62,974 nt of DNA from Holosporaceae bacterium UBA7879. Lineage in GTDB: Bacteria; Pseudomonadota; Alphaproteobacteria; UBA7879. Shown here piece by piece: positions 19,084-29,839 of the stretch. The notes beneath the pieces were generated by a model. It saw nothing but the letters and a program-made list of their open reading frames with translations, did no database searches and was not told the DNA's origin. Location: the NCBI GenBank assembly GCA_002500565.1, contig DLRV01000016.1, forward strand, positions 1 to 62,974, written 5' to 3'. Positions within the stretch are counted from its first letter, which is position 1, and each line of letters opens with the position of its first letter. Position numbers and translations under genes: made by a program.

Positions 19084-21042
19084 CTATACAACCATCACTG
19101 ATGTTAGCGAATCTTCATCTATGCTGCAATCTGAATAAGCTGGCGACGATGGTCTAGAGGAAGAAGATCCCTCACCTTCAGAAAGAGCTGCCATTTTTCT
19201 AGCTGTTAATTCATGTTGTGATTCCAGTTGAACTTGAGCCTCGCAACTTCTGCGACGACAAGATTCAGCGCGCAAGTTTGCCTCATCAATTTCTCTTTGC
19301 AACAGAGCTTTGCACTCTTCCATCGGTTCAGGTCGATGAGCAGCAACCCATGGAGCAGATTCATAAGCATAAACCTCATCCTCACCAGCTGCACTCGCAT
19401 CACTTCCAATACCTTCTACTAAGGTAAAGCGACCTCTAGCGGCTCTTGGTGGGGAGACTGAAAAGGCTGCGGCACCCACTGCTTCTAGCGATGGTGAGCG
19501 CGCAATTGGAACCGACTGCGCACACACTATCCTTTCTTCTGCAGCTGCCATGGTCGGTGGAGATGATCTACGTCTGCCTAAAGACACAACATCTGCCGAG
19601 CCCAGACCAACACTTGAACGTGTTCGCCTTAAAGGAGGCGATGAAAGAGATGCCGAGGCTCTGTGTGCAGACAACTCTGGTGAAGAGTCTCTACGCGCCA
19701 AAACACGGGCCTTTCTGACTGGAATTCTAGATGGTCGCGGTTGATATGCAAAGCGTGCCCCTCCTGTTTCCAGATCAAATTGCCTTGCTCTTTCTAAAGC
19801 GTCTTTCTCAGCTAACAATTGACTTAGTCTTTCTAATCGTTTTTTGTTTTCTTCATAAACTTTGACTAACTCTTCATCTTTTCTTGCTTCCAAGGCATAT
19901 AGTTGCTGTTCCAATGCTTGACGCTCTTGCCTTTCAAGTTCCAATTGGCGCTTTTCTTCGGAGTCACTTCCCTCTTTCTCGCGTGCCTTTAAATGCTTGT
20001 ACGTTAAAGGGCCAGAAAATTTCTGTAGATCCAACCTACGGGATCCAGCTTGAAAAAATCGATCTTTCTTGGATAAAAACCAGCGCAGACGATTAGGTAA
20101 TGTATACAACCAATCAGTATGATTCATATCTCCTGGTTTGAGCAAAAGCGGACTGGTTATATCAATATTAACGCCTTGGCGCTGATTAAGATCAGGAATG
20201 TAAACAAGCGTGCCCAGTAAATCAACCATATCCCCTTCTCGATCTGCTGGATTGACAATCCGCATAACTTGCACACCATTAGTAACTGGTTTTAACTCTT
20301 GCGACTCAAGATCATAGCCATAATAAGAAGCAGGCCTTAAAACGCCTGATTTAAAAACACGGGTCAATCCATCAAGCGACTGACCCAAAAGAGGTTTACG
20401 TTTTTTTTCGGGTGGTAAGAGATTCTCTAAAAGTTGTTGAATAACATGATGATGTCGCGCATTGGTAGGCCGGTCTGTATTTTTCACAAACTCAGCCACA
20501 TTGATAAAATCATCTTTATCAGCGGGAAAATAAATAACCAACCCTGGCGCCATAAGATCTTTATTTAAAGTTGAGGGAAAAAGGTTTTGCCATGCAAAGT
20601 ACTGGTTATCGGGCCCAAAATATCCGGGTGTAAATTTTTGCGATTTATTGTTATCGTATGGCTGCTTCTTCAAGCCATAGGCCATGGCCTCTTGAAGAAT
20701 GCGGCGCATATCAACCGTCATTTGGTCAGAGAGCATTTGGTTAATACTATTAGGACGTTGACATCCATCAACCATCCCAAACCAAAAATCAGAAACTTTA
20801 AGACCTAGATTGCGAGCAAAATCTTTTTCGCTAACAATATCTTTCACCCATTTTGCTAAACTTGCTGTCGCAAAAGCGGCACATGCCGCAACATAAACGC
20901 CAAACTCGCCGTCAAGGACGTCCTCACCGCCTCCACCACCATCAATCATTGTTCCATTGACTGGATGAGATTGAACAGTGCTTGTTGTTATGAAAGCAAA
21001 GAAACAACAAATAAGAGAAAACTTTTTAAGCATTATGACCAA
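19084..21042 (-). CDS. Large exported protein with coiled coils and Ser/Arg/Pro-rich disordered tail (candidate effector)
   Basis: Signal peptide ending VQS; PPEKKRKP; E/K/R/Q coiled coil; RPSRIPVRK; many SP sites. Confidence 0.75.
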   Translation of the reverse strand: MVIMLKKFSLICCFFAFITTSTVQSHPVNGTMIDGGGGGEDVLDGEFGVYVAACAAFATASLAKWVKDIVSEKDFARNLGLKVSDFWFGMVDGCQRPNSINQMLSDQMTVDMRRILQEAMAYGLKKQPYDNNKSQKFTPGYFGPDNQYFAWQNLFPSTLNKDLMAPGLVIYFPADKDDFINVAEFVKNTDRPTNARHHHVIQQLLENLLPPEKKRKPLLGQSLDGLTRVFKSGVLRPASYYGYDLESQELKPVTNGVQVMRIVNPADREGDMVDLLGTLVYIPDLNQRQGVNIDITSPLLLKPGDMNHTDWLYTLPNRLRWFLSKKDRFFQAGSRRLDLQKFSGPLTYKHLKAREKEGSDSEEKRQLELERQERQALEQQLYALEARKDEELVKVYEENKKRLERLSQLLAEKDALERARQFDLETGGARFAYQPRPSRIPVRKARVLARRDSSPELSAHRASASLSSPPLRRTRSSVGLGSADVVSLGRRRSSPPTMAAAEERIVCAQSVPIARSPSLEAVGAAAFSVSPPRAARGRFTLVEGIGSDASAAGEDEVYAYESAPWVAAHRPEPMEECKALLQREIDEANLRAESCRRRSCEAQVQLESQHELTARKMAALSEGEGSSSSRPSSPAYSDCSIDEDSLTSVMVV

Positions 21043-21168
21043 CCTGTTAGAAAGAAAATTAACACATACCAGCTTTTAAAAAAATAGCCTAAATATATAT
21101 GTTGATGAAAAAATTGACGCTTGCCCGAATAGACTATAAATTGGCGCCATAACAATATTTCAAGAGCC

Positions 21169-21912
21169 ATGGCTGGACATTCACAGTTTAAAAACATTAT
21201 GCATCGCAAAGGCGCACAGGACAGAAAACGCGCCAAAGTTTTTACCAAAATCATTCGTGAGCTGACCGTTGCAGCCAAAACAGGCTCGGATCCCAGTGCC
21301 AACCCACGTTTACGAGCAGCTATTGCCACTGCCCGTGCAGCCAATATGCCCAAAGACACCATGGAACGTGCGATTAAAAAAGGATCAAGCGGTGAAGATA
21401 CCACCAATTATCAAGAAGTACGTTATGAGGGTTATGGCCCAGCTGGCAGCGCCATCATTGTTGAAGCTTTATCTGACAATCGTAACCGTACAGCTTCTGA
21501 ATTGCGTACGATATTTAATAAGAATGATGGAAACTTAGGCGAAACCGGTAGTGTTAGTTTTCAGTTTGATCACTTTGGAGTAATTGAATTTCCAACAAAA
21601 GACGTTGATTTTGATACAGTATTTGAAAAAGCCCTCGAAGCTGGGGCAAGCGACGTTGAAACACAAAATGCCATCCATATCATTTACACAGAGCCATCCG
21701 AATTGCACCAAATTGGTGAAGTGTTGCATAAGGCCCTTAACACAGAACCGAAGAAATTAGCGTTAATTTGGAAGCCCCAAGTGATGGTTGATTTAAATAA
21801 TGAGCAGTTAGAGTCTCTAGACAACCTCATTTCTCTTCTTGAAGATAATGATGATGTGCAGAGGGTGTTTTGCAATGTGTCTTTGCCCGAAAATGACCCT
21901 GAGGATGCTTAG
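21169..21912 (+). CDS. yebC: YebC/PmpR family protein
   Basis: MAGHSQFKNIMHRKGAQD, YEGYGPAG, DNRNRT, LEDNDDVQRV. Confidence 0.97.
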   Translation: MAGHSQFKNIMHRKGAQDRKRAKVFTKIIRELTVAAKTGSDPSANPRLRAAIATARAANMPKDTMERAIKKGSSGEDTTNYQEVRYEGYGPAGSAIIVEALSDNRNRTASELRTIFNKNDGNLGETGSVSFQFDHFGVIEFPTKDVDFDTVFEKALEAGASDVETQNAIHIIYTEPSELHQIGEVLHKALNTEPKKLALIWKPQVMVDLNNEQLESLDNLISLLEDNDDVQRVFCNVSLPENDPEDA

Positions 21913-21914
21913 GT

Positions 21915-22415
21915 TTGAGTGAAATACGGATTTTAGGTATCGATCCAGGCTTGGTTAACACCGGCTGGGGGATTATAAGCTGCGCACATACATCAGCAAA
22001 ACTTGTTGATTGTGGCGTAATTCAGACCAAATCAACGAACCCTATGACTGAACGTCTGGCAAAAATTCATCGCGAATTAGGGGCTATATTGGAAAAATAT
22101 GAACCAAAAGCAGCAGCTATAGAGGATACGTTTGTAAATAAAAACCCAGCCTCTGCCCTAAAGCTTGGCATGGCCAGAGGTGTGGCTTTTGCGTGCCCAG
22201 GCCTTTTTAATATTCCATGCTTTGAATATGCCCCAAACCAAATTAAAAAGAGCGTTGTTGGGGCTGGGCATGCAGCAAAAGAACAAATCCAACACATGGT
22301 GCAAGTTATTCTTGGCACGCATCAACCACTCAATGAACACAGCGCTGATGCACTTGCGGTTGCTATTACCCACCAGCATCATATATCATTAGAAAAAATG
22401 ATTCATTCAATATGA
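21915..22415 (+). CDS. ruvC: Holliday junction resolvase
   Basis: ILGIDPGLVNTGWG, IEDTFV, LGMARG, ADALAVAITH. Confidence 0.97.
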   Translation: MSEIRILGIDPGLVNTGWGIISCAHTSAKLVDCGVIQTKSTNPMTERLAKIHRELGAILEKYEPKAAAIEDTFVNKNPASALKLGMARGVAFACPGLFNIPCFEYAPNQIKKSVVGAGHAAKEQIQHMVQVILGTHQPLNEHSADALAVAITHQHHISLEKMIHSI

Positions 22416-23014
22416 TTGCACAATTAACTGGCTTGTTTGTTCGTGGAACCGATCAATATCTTATTTTGAATGTTGGCGGTGTTGGATACCAAGTTTGGTC
22501 TCCTAGGCAAACCATCGATCAGGCCATGACATCAGGCGGAACCTTAACTTTGGAGGTTTTGACCGTCTTCAAACAAGAGGAGATGGTTTTATACGGATTT
22601 ATTGAGGAAGCAGACAAAAACTTATTTGAGCTTTTACTGAATGTACAAGGCGTCGGCGGGAAAATGGCCCTGGCTTTGATAAGTGGCTTGGGATCATCAG
22701 CGATTATTGCAGCCATTCAACAACAAGATCACACACCTTTAACTCAAGCCAGCGGTGTTGGACCAAAACTCGCCCAACGTATTACCCGTGAATTGAAAGA
22801 TAAAGCTGGAAAACTTATTATTACAGAAAGCGCTCACGGCTATAACTCTCCCTCACCGGCTTATGGCGATGCGCAGCAAGCATTGGTTTCTTTAGGATAT
22901 AAATCGCATTTGATAACACCTATCTTGAAAAAAATTATCTCAGAACAACCAAAAGCAACTGTTGACCAATTGGTGACAATCGCCCTTAAACACCTGAGCC
23001 AACAAGGACGCTAG
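22412..23014 (+). CDS. ruvA: Holliday junction branch migration protein RuvA
   Basis: MIAQLTG, VGGVGY, LYGF, VQGVGGKMAL, GVGPKLAQRI, ALVSLGY. Confidence 0.96.
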   Translation: MIAQLTGLFVRGTDQYLILNVGGVGYQVWSPRQTIDQAMTSGGTLTLEVLTVFKQEEMVLYGFIEEADKNLFELLLNVQGVGGKMALALISGLGSSAIIAAIQQQDHTPLTQASGVGPKLAQRITRELKDKAGKLIITESAHGYNSPSPAYGDAQQALVSLGYKSHLITPILKKIISEQPKATVDQLVTIALKHLSQQGR

Positions 23015-24010
23015 ATGACTGATGATTTATTAAAAGCTGATCGTTTGCCAGAGGATATAGACCCTGAGCGCAACCCAGCTTTGCGCCCTAAATCTTTTAA
23101 TGACTTTATCGGCCAAGAAAAAATCACGCAAAATCTTAGCACATTCATCCAAGCGGCCCAGAAACTTGAATCTTCTTTAGATCACGTTTTGTTGTCAGGT
23201 CCTCCTGGCCTTGGTAAAACAACTTTGGCTCAAATCATAGCCCACGAATTAGGCGTTGGTTTTAAAATGACATCTGGCCCAATTATTTCAAAAGCAGGGG
23301 ATTTAGCAGCGCTACTAACAGCCTTACAACCAAATGATATTTTGTTTATTGATGAAATTCATCGCTTGCCAATTGCTGTTGAGGAAATACTCTACCCAGC
23401 TATGGAAGATGGCAAACTTGATATTTTGATTGGAGAAGGCCCTGGGGCGCGTAGCATTCAAATCACCCTTCCCCCTTTTACCTTAATTGGTGCAACCACA
23501 CGTTCCGGCCTATTAAGCCAACCGCTGCGCGAACGCTTTGGCATTCCCCTTACCCTTCAATTCTACGAACCAAAAGAAATAGAAAAAATTATTGCCCGTA
23601 ATGCTGTAAAACTTAATATGACTCTTGATCAAACGGGCGCAGAAGAAATATCAAAACGTTGTAGAGGCACACCAAGGATTGCCGGGCGGTTATTGCGCCG
23701 GGTTCGAGATATTGCTGTGGTTTTGAATCAAACGATTGTTGATCAAAAACTAGCCGATCGTGCTTTACAGCAACTGGAAATAGACAATTGCGGCTTTGAT
23801 GAAACCGATCGCAAATACCTACAGGCCATAGAAGATCATTATCAAGGTGGGCCTGTGGGTGTAGAAACACTTGCAGCCCTTTTATCCGAGCAACGAGATA
23901 TGATTGAAGACGTGATTGAGCCATACCTAATTCAGCAAGGATACGTTCAACGCACCCCACGTGGCCGTGTTTTGACTTTCAAAGGAAAAGATTATGTCAA
24001 ATCAGCCTAA
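23015..24010 (+). CDS. ruvB: Holliday junction branch migration ATPase RuvB
   Basis: [40 protein letters not shown]. Confidence 0.98.
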   Translation: MTDDLLKADRLPEDIDPERNPALRPKSFNDFIGQEKITQNLSTFIQAAQKLESSLDHVLLSGPPGLGKTTLAQIIAHELGVGFKMTSGPIISKAGDLAALLTALQPNDILFIDEIHRLPIAVEEILYPAMEDGKLDILIGEGPGARSIQITLPPFTLIGATTRSGLLSQPLRERFGIPLTLQFYEPKEIEKIIARNAVKLNMTLDQTGAEEISKRCRGTPRIAGRLLRRVRDIAVVLNQTIVDQKLADRALQQLEIDNCGFDETDRKYLQAIEDHYQGGPVGVETLAALLSEQRDMIEDVIEPYLIQQGYVQRTPRGRVLTFKGKDYVKSA

Positions 24011-24449
24011 TGAATCTTTGCTGATCCCAGCTTCAGGAGTTTTTAAGAACGGCATTCATGAAATTGCTTTTCGTGTTTATTATGAAAATACAGATATGGG
24101 CGGCGTGGTTTTTTACGCTGAGTATCTCCGGTGGCTTGAACGCGCCCGCACAGAAATGCTTCGTCAGTCAAATTTAAATCAAATAGAATTATATCAAGAA
24201 GGGCTTCTATTTGTTGTTGCTGAACTAACTATTAAATATCATAAGCCAGCTTTAATGGATGATGTAATTGTTGTAAAAACGCAACTACTAGAGAAAAAAA
24301 ATACTTTTTTCGTCTGCGAGCAAACCATATTCAGAGGATCTGAAAAGCTTCTTTCAGCACAGGTGAAAGTTTGTAGTATCAATAAGTTAGGCAAACCTTG
24401 TCGTATGCCTCTATTTAATTTTCATTGCACGGAAAAATTAAAGCATTAA
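23994..24449 (+). CDS. ybgC: YbgC/FadM acyl-CoA thioesterase
   Basis: [28 protein letters not shown] hot-dog motif; canonical position after ruvB. Confidence 0.9.
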   Translation: MSNQPNESLLIPASGVFKNGIHEIAFRVYYENTDMGGVVFYAEYLRWLERARTEMLRQSNLNQIELYQEGLLFVVAELTIKYHKPALMDDVIVVKTQLLEKKNTFFVCEQTIFRGSEKLLSAQVKVCSINKLGKPCRMPLFNFHCTEKLKH

Positions 24450-24512
24450 AAAATAAAACTTACTTTAGTATCTATAAATTGATAGTATATATATAACTAA
24501 TGGGGTAACAAT

Positions 24513-25328
24513 ATGTTTATCAGACATACTTTTATTTTATCGGCCTTCTTTCTTTTTATAACTGCTTATGCAGATCCACAGTTTAGCTTCGCGCCTCCTG
24601 AGGAAGGAACTGTTACGAGGACGCAAGTTGTCAAATTAAGCGGAAATGAAAGATTTCTGTTTAGAACGTCTGAAAGAAAAGGTAGGGATGTACAAATCGA
24701 ACGTGCAGACAATTTAACAAACATAACCGTTCCTTCATCTGTATGGCGAGAGGTTATGGAAATATCTAGAAAAAAAATAACAACTTATGAAGGCTCAAGT
24801 GTAGATCCAGACAATACATGCTTGAGTTTAAACGCTCAAAAAGCGCTAGTCGAAGATAACACAACAGAAAATTTAACTGTTCTTTTACACTCTCCACAAG
24901 AAGGAACTAGAACTGACCTTATTCATACCTTTAATTTACCTCAAATGCTTCAATCAGGGACTGAACAAATTAAACTCGCCATGCTTTTGGCTCAAAACGA
25001 TGCACAAAGAGCGGTGATTTCAGAAGCAGCACGCAAAGCAGGTATTGAATGGCGTCAGAAGGCTACCTTCACAACGCAAAAGATTTGGGCACGTCATCAA
25101 TTTGAAATTACAGGTGCGCTCTATATGGGCGGTTTTTTTTGCGCCGACCTTTTATTACAAAAAATATGGTCTTACAATCCATATGCTGCTACGGCACTTT
25201 ATGGAGTTACTATGAGTTACCAGCTATGGAATAGTCGCCACTGGGGTGACTTCAACCAATCAACTGCTGCATTAGGCGCTTTGGGCGCTCTTTCTTTTGC
25301 GCGTTACAAAGGGCTACTAAGATTCTAA
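24513..25328 (+). CDS. Exported hypothetical protein with hydrophobic C-terminus
   Basis: Signal peptide ending AYA; 271-aa ORF; C-terminal hydrophobic helices. Confidence 0.7.
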   Translation: MFIRHTFILSAFFLFITAYADPQFSFAPPEEGTVTRTQVVKLSGNERFLFRTSERKGRDVQIERADNLTNITVPSSVWREVMEISRKKITTYEGSSVDPDNTCLSLNAQKALVEDNTTENLTVLLHSPQEGTRTDLIHTFNLPQMLQSGTEQIKLAMLLAQNDAQRAVISEAARKAGIEWRQKATFTTQKIWARHQFEITGALYMGGFFCADLLLQKIWSYNPYAATALYGVTMSYQLWNSRHWGDFNQSTAALGALGALSFARYKGLLRF

Positions 25329-26557
25329 ATCTGTGGGGTCTGATAGCCACTAAGCCCCATAGCATGCCTTGTGGCATAAGCTGCAGCGCCTGGGACTTTT
25401 GCAAATGCGAATAGACCAAGATTTCTAATGGGTTTTAAAAGCGGGTTGCTATTGCTAAACAAACTGTTTAAACCATGGGTTGTGCTGATCAATTCTAACG
25501 TATCAAATCGGCGTGATTTTTGATACTGCTTAAGAACAGTTCCTTGCCCGATATCAATTCCCACTTGATGAGCAGAGATTATTTCCTCTGATAGCATCAT
25601 AACATCACGAAATCCTAAATTTAGACTTTGACCAGCCAAGGGATGAATAGCATGGGCCGCATCACCAATAACAACCACCCGATTATGATAAAGTTGACTC
25701 AGGAAAGTGAGCTGCAAAGGATAGGTAATCCTTTTAGAAACATTTGTGATTTTTCCAACTGAGTCATAGCGATCTTGTAAAAGGGCCTTAAAAAGATTCT
25801 CCTCTAGTGAGCAAATAGTATCGATTTCTGCTGAATCACCGATCCATACAATACCCGATTGAGTGTGGGGCATGGGCAAAGTGGCAAAAGGGCCACTGGC
25901 ATAAAACTTTTCATAAGCAATACCCTGATGATTTTCGGTATGGTCAACAACCGTGATAAGTGCTTTTTGATTGTAGTCGTGATTAATAGGCTTGAGACCC
26001 GCTAAATTGCGCACCACAGATGTCCTGCCATCAGCTCCAACAACCATTAAAGTATCAAGTCTTTTCCCTGAAGAAAGTGAAACTTTAGCATATCTTTCTA
26101 GGGGATTATCTAGATTTGAAATACTTACATCATCATATAAATCAATGACTGAATCTTCGATAACTTTTGATAAAAATGCATGACGCACTCTATATGCAGG
26201 TATAATTGCGCCCATTGCAGCGTGCGCAGCTGGGGGTTTGAACACAACTTCCTTAAGGCTTTCGCCACTGGTTATGCCAATCTTTTGTATAGGCTCACTT
26301 AATGGCTCTAACGCGCCCCATACATTTAAACCTTTTAGGTATTCAATAGTGGCATGAGATAAAGCATAAGCCCTGATATCACCTCTATCAGCGAGCAAAT
26401 CATGCCGAGAGCGCTTTTCAACAATAGCAACCCTCAAGCCTTTCCCAGATAAACTAAGCGCAAGAGCTGCGCCAACCGGACCGGCGCCAATAACAACAAC
26501 ATCGTATTTTTTTTGTGTTGTTATTGAACCCTCCGTGGACTTTGGGATACTGCCCAA
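25325..26557 (-). CDS. UbiH/UbiF/UbiL-family FAD-dependent ubiquinone hydroxylase
   Basis: DVVVIGAGPVG, VGADGRTS, GPFATLP, IGDAAHAIHPLAGQSLNLGFRD. Confidence 0.92.
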   Translation of the reverse strand: MGSIPKSTEGSITTQKKYDVVVIGAGPVGAALALSLSGKGLRVAIVEKRSRHDLLADRGDIRAYALSHATIEYLKGLNVWGALEPLSEPIQKIGITSGESLKEVVFKPPAAHAAMGAIIPAYRVRHAFLSKVIEDSVIDLYDDVSISNLDNPLERYAKVSLSSGKRLDTLMVVGADGRTSVVRNLAGLKPINHDYNQKALITVVDHTENHQGIAYEKFYASGPFATLPMPHTQSGIVWIGDSAEIDTICSLEENLFKALLQDRYDSVGKITNVSKRITYPLQLTFLSQLYHNRVVVIGDAAHAIHPLAGQSLNLGFRDVMMLSEEIISAHQVGIDIGQGTVLKQYQKSRRFDTLELISTTHGLNSLFSNSNPLLKPIRNLGLFAFAKVPGAAAYATRHAMGLSGYQTPQI

Positions 26558-26560
26558 AGA

Positions 26561-27163
26561 TTATTTTTTCATGTTTTCTGCAACAAAGTCCCAGTTAACA
26601 AGATGATTAAGGAATGTATTGAGATAATCATTACGACGGTTTTGATAATCTAAATAATACGCATGCTCCCATACATCACATGTCATAAGAGGTGTTTGCG
26701 TTGCACAGCTAAGAGGCGTTTCAGCATTACCTGTTTTAACAATTTTAAACTGGCCCTCATCATTTTGCACAAGCCAAACCCAACCACTGCCAAATTGAGA
26801 CATACCTGCTTGAACAAACTCATTTTTAAAGTCTTCGTATGTTTCGAATGCCTCTTCAATCTTTTCCAACACCTCACCAGTGGGCACACCGCCACCTTTT
26901 GGTTTCATCGATTTCCAGAGAAAAGTATGGTTACACGTTTGCGCCGCGTTGTTAAAAATGCCGACAAGATCCGCTTGGCCACAGGTTTCTTTGATAATTG
27001 ATTCCAATGACATTCCTTCAAAGCTTGTACCTTTGATTAAGTCATTCAACTTATTTACATAGGTGAAATGGTGTTTCCCATGATGAAAATTAAGAGTGTT
27101 TTCCGAAACATAAGGTTCAAGGGCATTAAGAGAATATGGAAGAGCAGGCAATTGAAAGCTCAT
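26561..27163 (-). CDS. sodB: Fe superoxide dismutase
   Basis: LPALPY, HHGKHH, FNNAAQ, NHTFLW, FGSGWVWL, DVWEHAYYLDY; start set at ATG 27163 behind GGAGG. Confidence 0.96.
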   Translation of the reverse strand: MSFQLPALPYSLNALEPYVSENTLNFHHGKHHFTYVNKLNDLIKGTSFEGMSLESIIKETCGQADLVGIFNNAAQTCNHTFLWKSMKPKGGGVPTGEVLEKIEEAFETYEDFKNEFVQAGMSQFGSGWVWLVQNDEGQFKIVKTGNAETPLSCATQTPLMTCDVWEHAYYLDYQNRRNDYLNTFLNHLVNWDFVAENMKK

Positions 27164-27256
27164 AGAGTTACCTCCGGTAATAGGGTTGGCAGCCAAAACT
27201 AGCTTTATTAATTTAGGTATCATAATATTGCATTTAATAAAAATCTAGGGATTAAA

Positions 27257-27922
27257 TTGATAAAAACAAAAGATTTTTTTACTGATCTTTTAAAAGGCGC
27301 TCAGAGCGAAAAAACCCTTTACAACCTTAGCCTTTCACTGGACCAAGAAACAGCCGAACGCTTTTTATCTCTTTTATCCCTTTGCCATGAATTCAGAAAA
27401 ATCCCAATTCATGCACCAACACCTTTGATGGCTCTAACCAGATTACAGTGGTGGAAACAACAATTAGACGGCTCGGCCCCAATTAAAAATTCCTCCCCAA
27501 ATATAAAATGGTGCCAATTAACGTGGCAAAACCATTACTCATGTCTATCAAAGCTACTCATAAGCTTCATTAAACAACAACAAAAAATTTGGTCTGTAGA
27601 GTTAGAAAAAACCTCAGAAATTAGTTCAACATCTCTAATTGAATTTATCTTCAAAGGAATGAATCTTTTAGTAGATCCTGCATTAACAGACCAAGACATT
27701 AAAAATCTGGCAAACTTATATGTGTCTGTTCACTATTCTGAGCGCTCACCACATACTATAACCCAGACTTTCAGCACCCCTCTTCCTCCGATATTCAGAA
27801 AGTTGTGCTATATTTTAAACCAACAATTTATTGATCAATCTAAAGATGTAAAAGGCATCTCAAGCGCGCTAAGGATTCAATGGTACTTACTTAAATATGC
27901 CATTACAAAATTATGGAGGTGA
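27257..27922 (+). CDS. Divergent squalene/phytoene-synthase-like (NDUFAF6-type) protein
   Basis: LCHEFRKIP...TPLMALTRLQWWKQQL resembles the E..I....EP..G.IRLQWW signature; divergent from sodB. Confidence 0.5.
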   Translation: MIKTKDFFTDLLKGAQSEKTLYNLSLSLDQETAERFLSLLSLCHEFRKIPIHAPTPLMALTRLQWWKQQLDGSAPIKNSSPNIKWCQLTWQNHYSCLSKLLISFIKQQQKIWSVELEKTSEISSTSLIEFIFKGMNLLVDPALTDQDIKNLANLYVSVHYSERSPHTITQTFSTPLPPIFRKLCYILNQQFIDQSKDVKGISSALRIQWYLLKYAITKLWR

Positions 27923-27980
27923 TTGCCTCTAAGTTGTTTTTTAAGTATATATGTAGGCAATTAATTGATGGAGTTTTATC

Positions 27981-29831
27981 ATGAGCGAGAACTTTAAATT
28001 TGAAGCCGAAGTTAGCCGCCTTTTAGAGATTGTTACGCACTCTCTATACAGTGAACGGGAAATCTTTTTAAGGGAACTTATTTCAAACAGCGCTGATGCT
28101 TGCGATCGTTTACGTTACCTCTCTTTAACGGATAGCTCCTTAAAAAAGTCTGCTGAAGATTTTAAAATTACTGTTCGCAGCAATCAAAAAGATAAAACAC
28201 TTTTGATCACCGATAATGGTATTGGCATGAACCAAGAGGATTTAAAAGAAAATCTTGGAACGATTGCTCGTTCAGGAACAGGTCAATTCATCAAACAGCT
28301 TCAGGAAAAGAAAGAGAGTTCTGCAAATCTGATAGGCCAATTTGGTGTTGGTTTTTACGCATCGTTCATGGTAGCGGAAAAAGTTGAGGTATTAACCCGC
28401 AAAGCAGGCGAAGAAAAAGCCTATAAATGGACATCAACTGGGGCTGGAAGCTACACCATTGAGGATGCTAAAAAAGAAACGCATGGCACAGAAATCACGC
28501 TCCACCTAAAAAAAGATGCCGAAGAGTTTTTAGAGAAAAGCCGTCTTGAGCATATTATTAAAACGTATTCTGATTTTATCACTATTCCAATATTCCTTGG
28601 CATCAACGCTGATAAATCAGAACAGGTTAATGCTGCAAAACCAATCTGGACAATACCTAAAAAGGATATCACAGCAAAAGATTATGAATCTTTTTATCAC
28701 AGCACTTGCCAGGCTTTTGATACACCGTGGCAAACCCTTCATTTTACAGCCGAAGGTATCCTAAATTATACAGGCCTTTTGTTTATCCCAAGTCAAAGGC
28801 CCTTTGATCTTTTTGATCCAAAGCGCGAAGTTTCTCTAAAGCTCTACATTCGTCATGTTTTTATTACCGATAAATGCTCTGAACTGCTCCCTAAATACTT
28901 CCGTTTCATTAAAGGTATCGTTGACGCTGAAGATTTATCCGTTAACGTTAGCCGTGAAATTCTGCAAAACGATCCAAGATTGCGCAAAATGCGCCAAGGA
29001 CTTGTTAAAAAAATAACGTCCACTCTTCAAAAACAGTTGAAAGACAACCGTAATGATTACCTGAAGTTTTGGCAAAATTTTGGCGCCGTTCTAAAAGAGG
29101 GCTTGTATGAAGAGCCTAGTGAGAAAGATACATTGCTTGATCTCTCGTTATTCTATTCAGCTAAAATGGATAAGCATATCACCTTAGCTGAATACGTTGA
29201 GGCGTTCGCCAAAGAACAAAAAGATATTTATTACTTAAGTGGCTCTGATCTAGCAACTTTGAAAAACAATCCAAACCTGGAAGGCTTTCTAGAGCGTGGC
29301 CTGGATGTCCTGCTTCTCACCGATCCAGTTGATGAATTTTGGTCAACCATGGTTTCTGAGTACAAGGACAATAAATTAGTCTCTATTACCTCGTCTGAGG
29401 TTGATTTATCGAAATTTGACGATCAAAAAGAGCCTAAGGGATCTGATAAGAAAGTTGAAATTGAACCTCTTATCAAATTTATTAAATCCACTCTTGGTGA
29501 TGCGGTTAAAGATGTGCGTGAATCCAAAAGGCTTCGCTCAAGCCCTGTTAGCTTAGTTGAGGATGATGGTGGCATGAGTGCACGTTTGCAACAAATGCTG
29601 CAACAAGATCAGAAAATGAACCCGGTTCAACAGCAAACCCTTGAGATTAATCCTGATCATGTTTTGATTCAAAAACTGTTAAAAGATGTTGGCAATAAAG
29701 ATGCCCAGCAGCGGCTACAAGATGAATGCTGGCTTTTACTTGATCAGGCAATGATTGTAAATGGCATTCCCGTTAATGATGGCCAGGCTTTTGCCCAGCG
29801 CCTGAATCGATTAATGACAGGCCAAAGTTAG
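27981..29831 (+). CDS. htpG: Hsp90 chaperone HtpG
   Basis: YSEREIFLRELISNSADA, DNGIGM, LGTIARSGT, IGQFGVGFY, NVSREILQ, LEINPDH. Confidence 0.98.
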   Translation: MSENFKFEAEVSRLLEIVTHSLYSEREIFLRELISNSADACDRLRYLSLTDSSLKKSAEDFKITVRSNQKDKTLLITDNGIGMNQEDLKENLGTIARSGTGQFIKQLQEKKESSANLIGQFGVGFYASFMVAEKVEVLTRKAGEEKAYKWTSTGAGSYTIEDAKKETHGTEITLHLKKDAEEFLEKSRLEHIIKTYSDFITIPIFLGINADKSEQVNAAKPIWTIPKKDITAKDYESFYHSTCQAFDTPWQTLHFTAEGILNYTGLLFIPSQRPFDLFDPKREVSLKLYIRHVFITDKCSELLPKYFRFIKGIVDAEDLSVNVSREILQNDPRLRKMRQGLVKKITSTLQKQLKDNRNDYLKFWQNFGAVLKEGLYEEPSEKDTLLDLSLFYSAKMDKHITLAEYVEAFAKEQKDIYYLSGSDLATLKNNPNLEGFLERGLDVLLLTDPVDEFWSTMVSEYKDNKLVSITSSEVDLSKFDDQKEPKGSDKKVEIEPLIKFIKSTLGDAVKDVRESKRLRSSPVSLVEDDGGMSARLQQMLQQDQKMNPVQQQTLEINPDHVLIQKLLKDVGNKDAQQRLQDECWLLLDQAMIVNGIPVNDGQAFAQRLNRLMTGQS

Positions 29832-29839
29832 AGATTTTT

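Noticed and set aside
19084-19445. PDZ-binding C-terminus and RFxV-like (GRFTLV) docking motif in the 652-aa protein
   Set aside because: Neither matches its consensus well; the chance probability is high.
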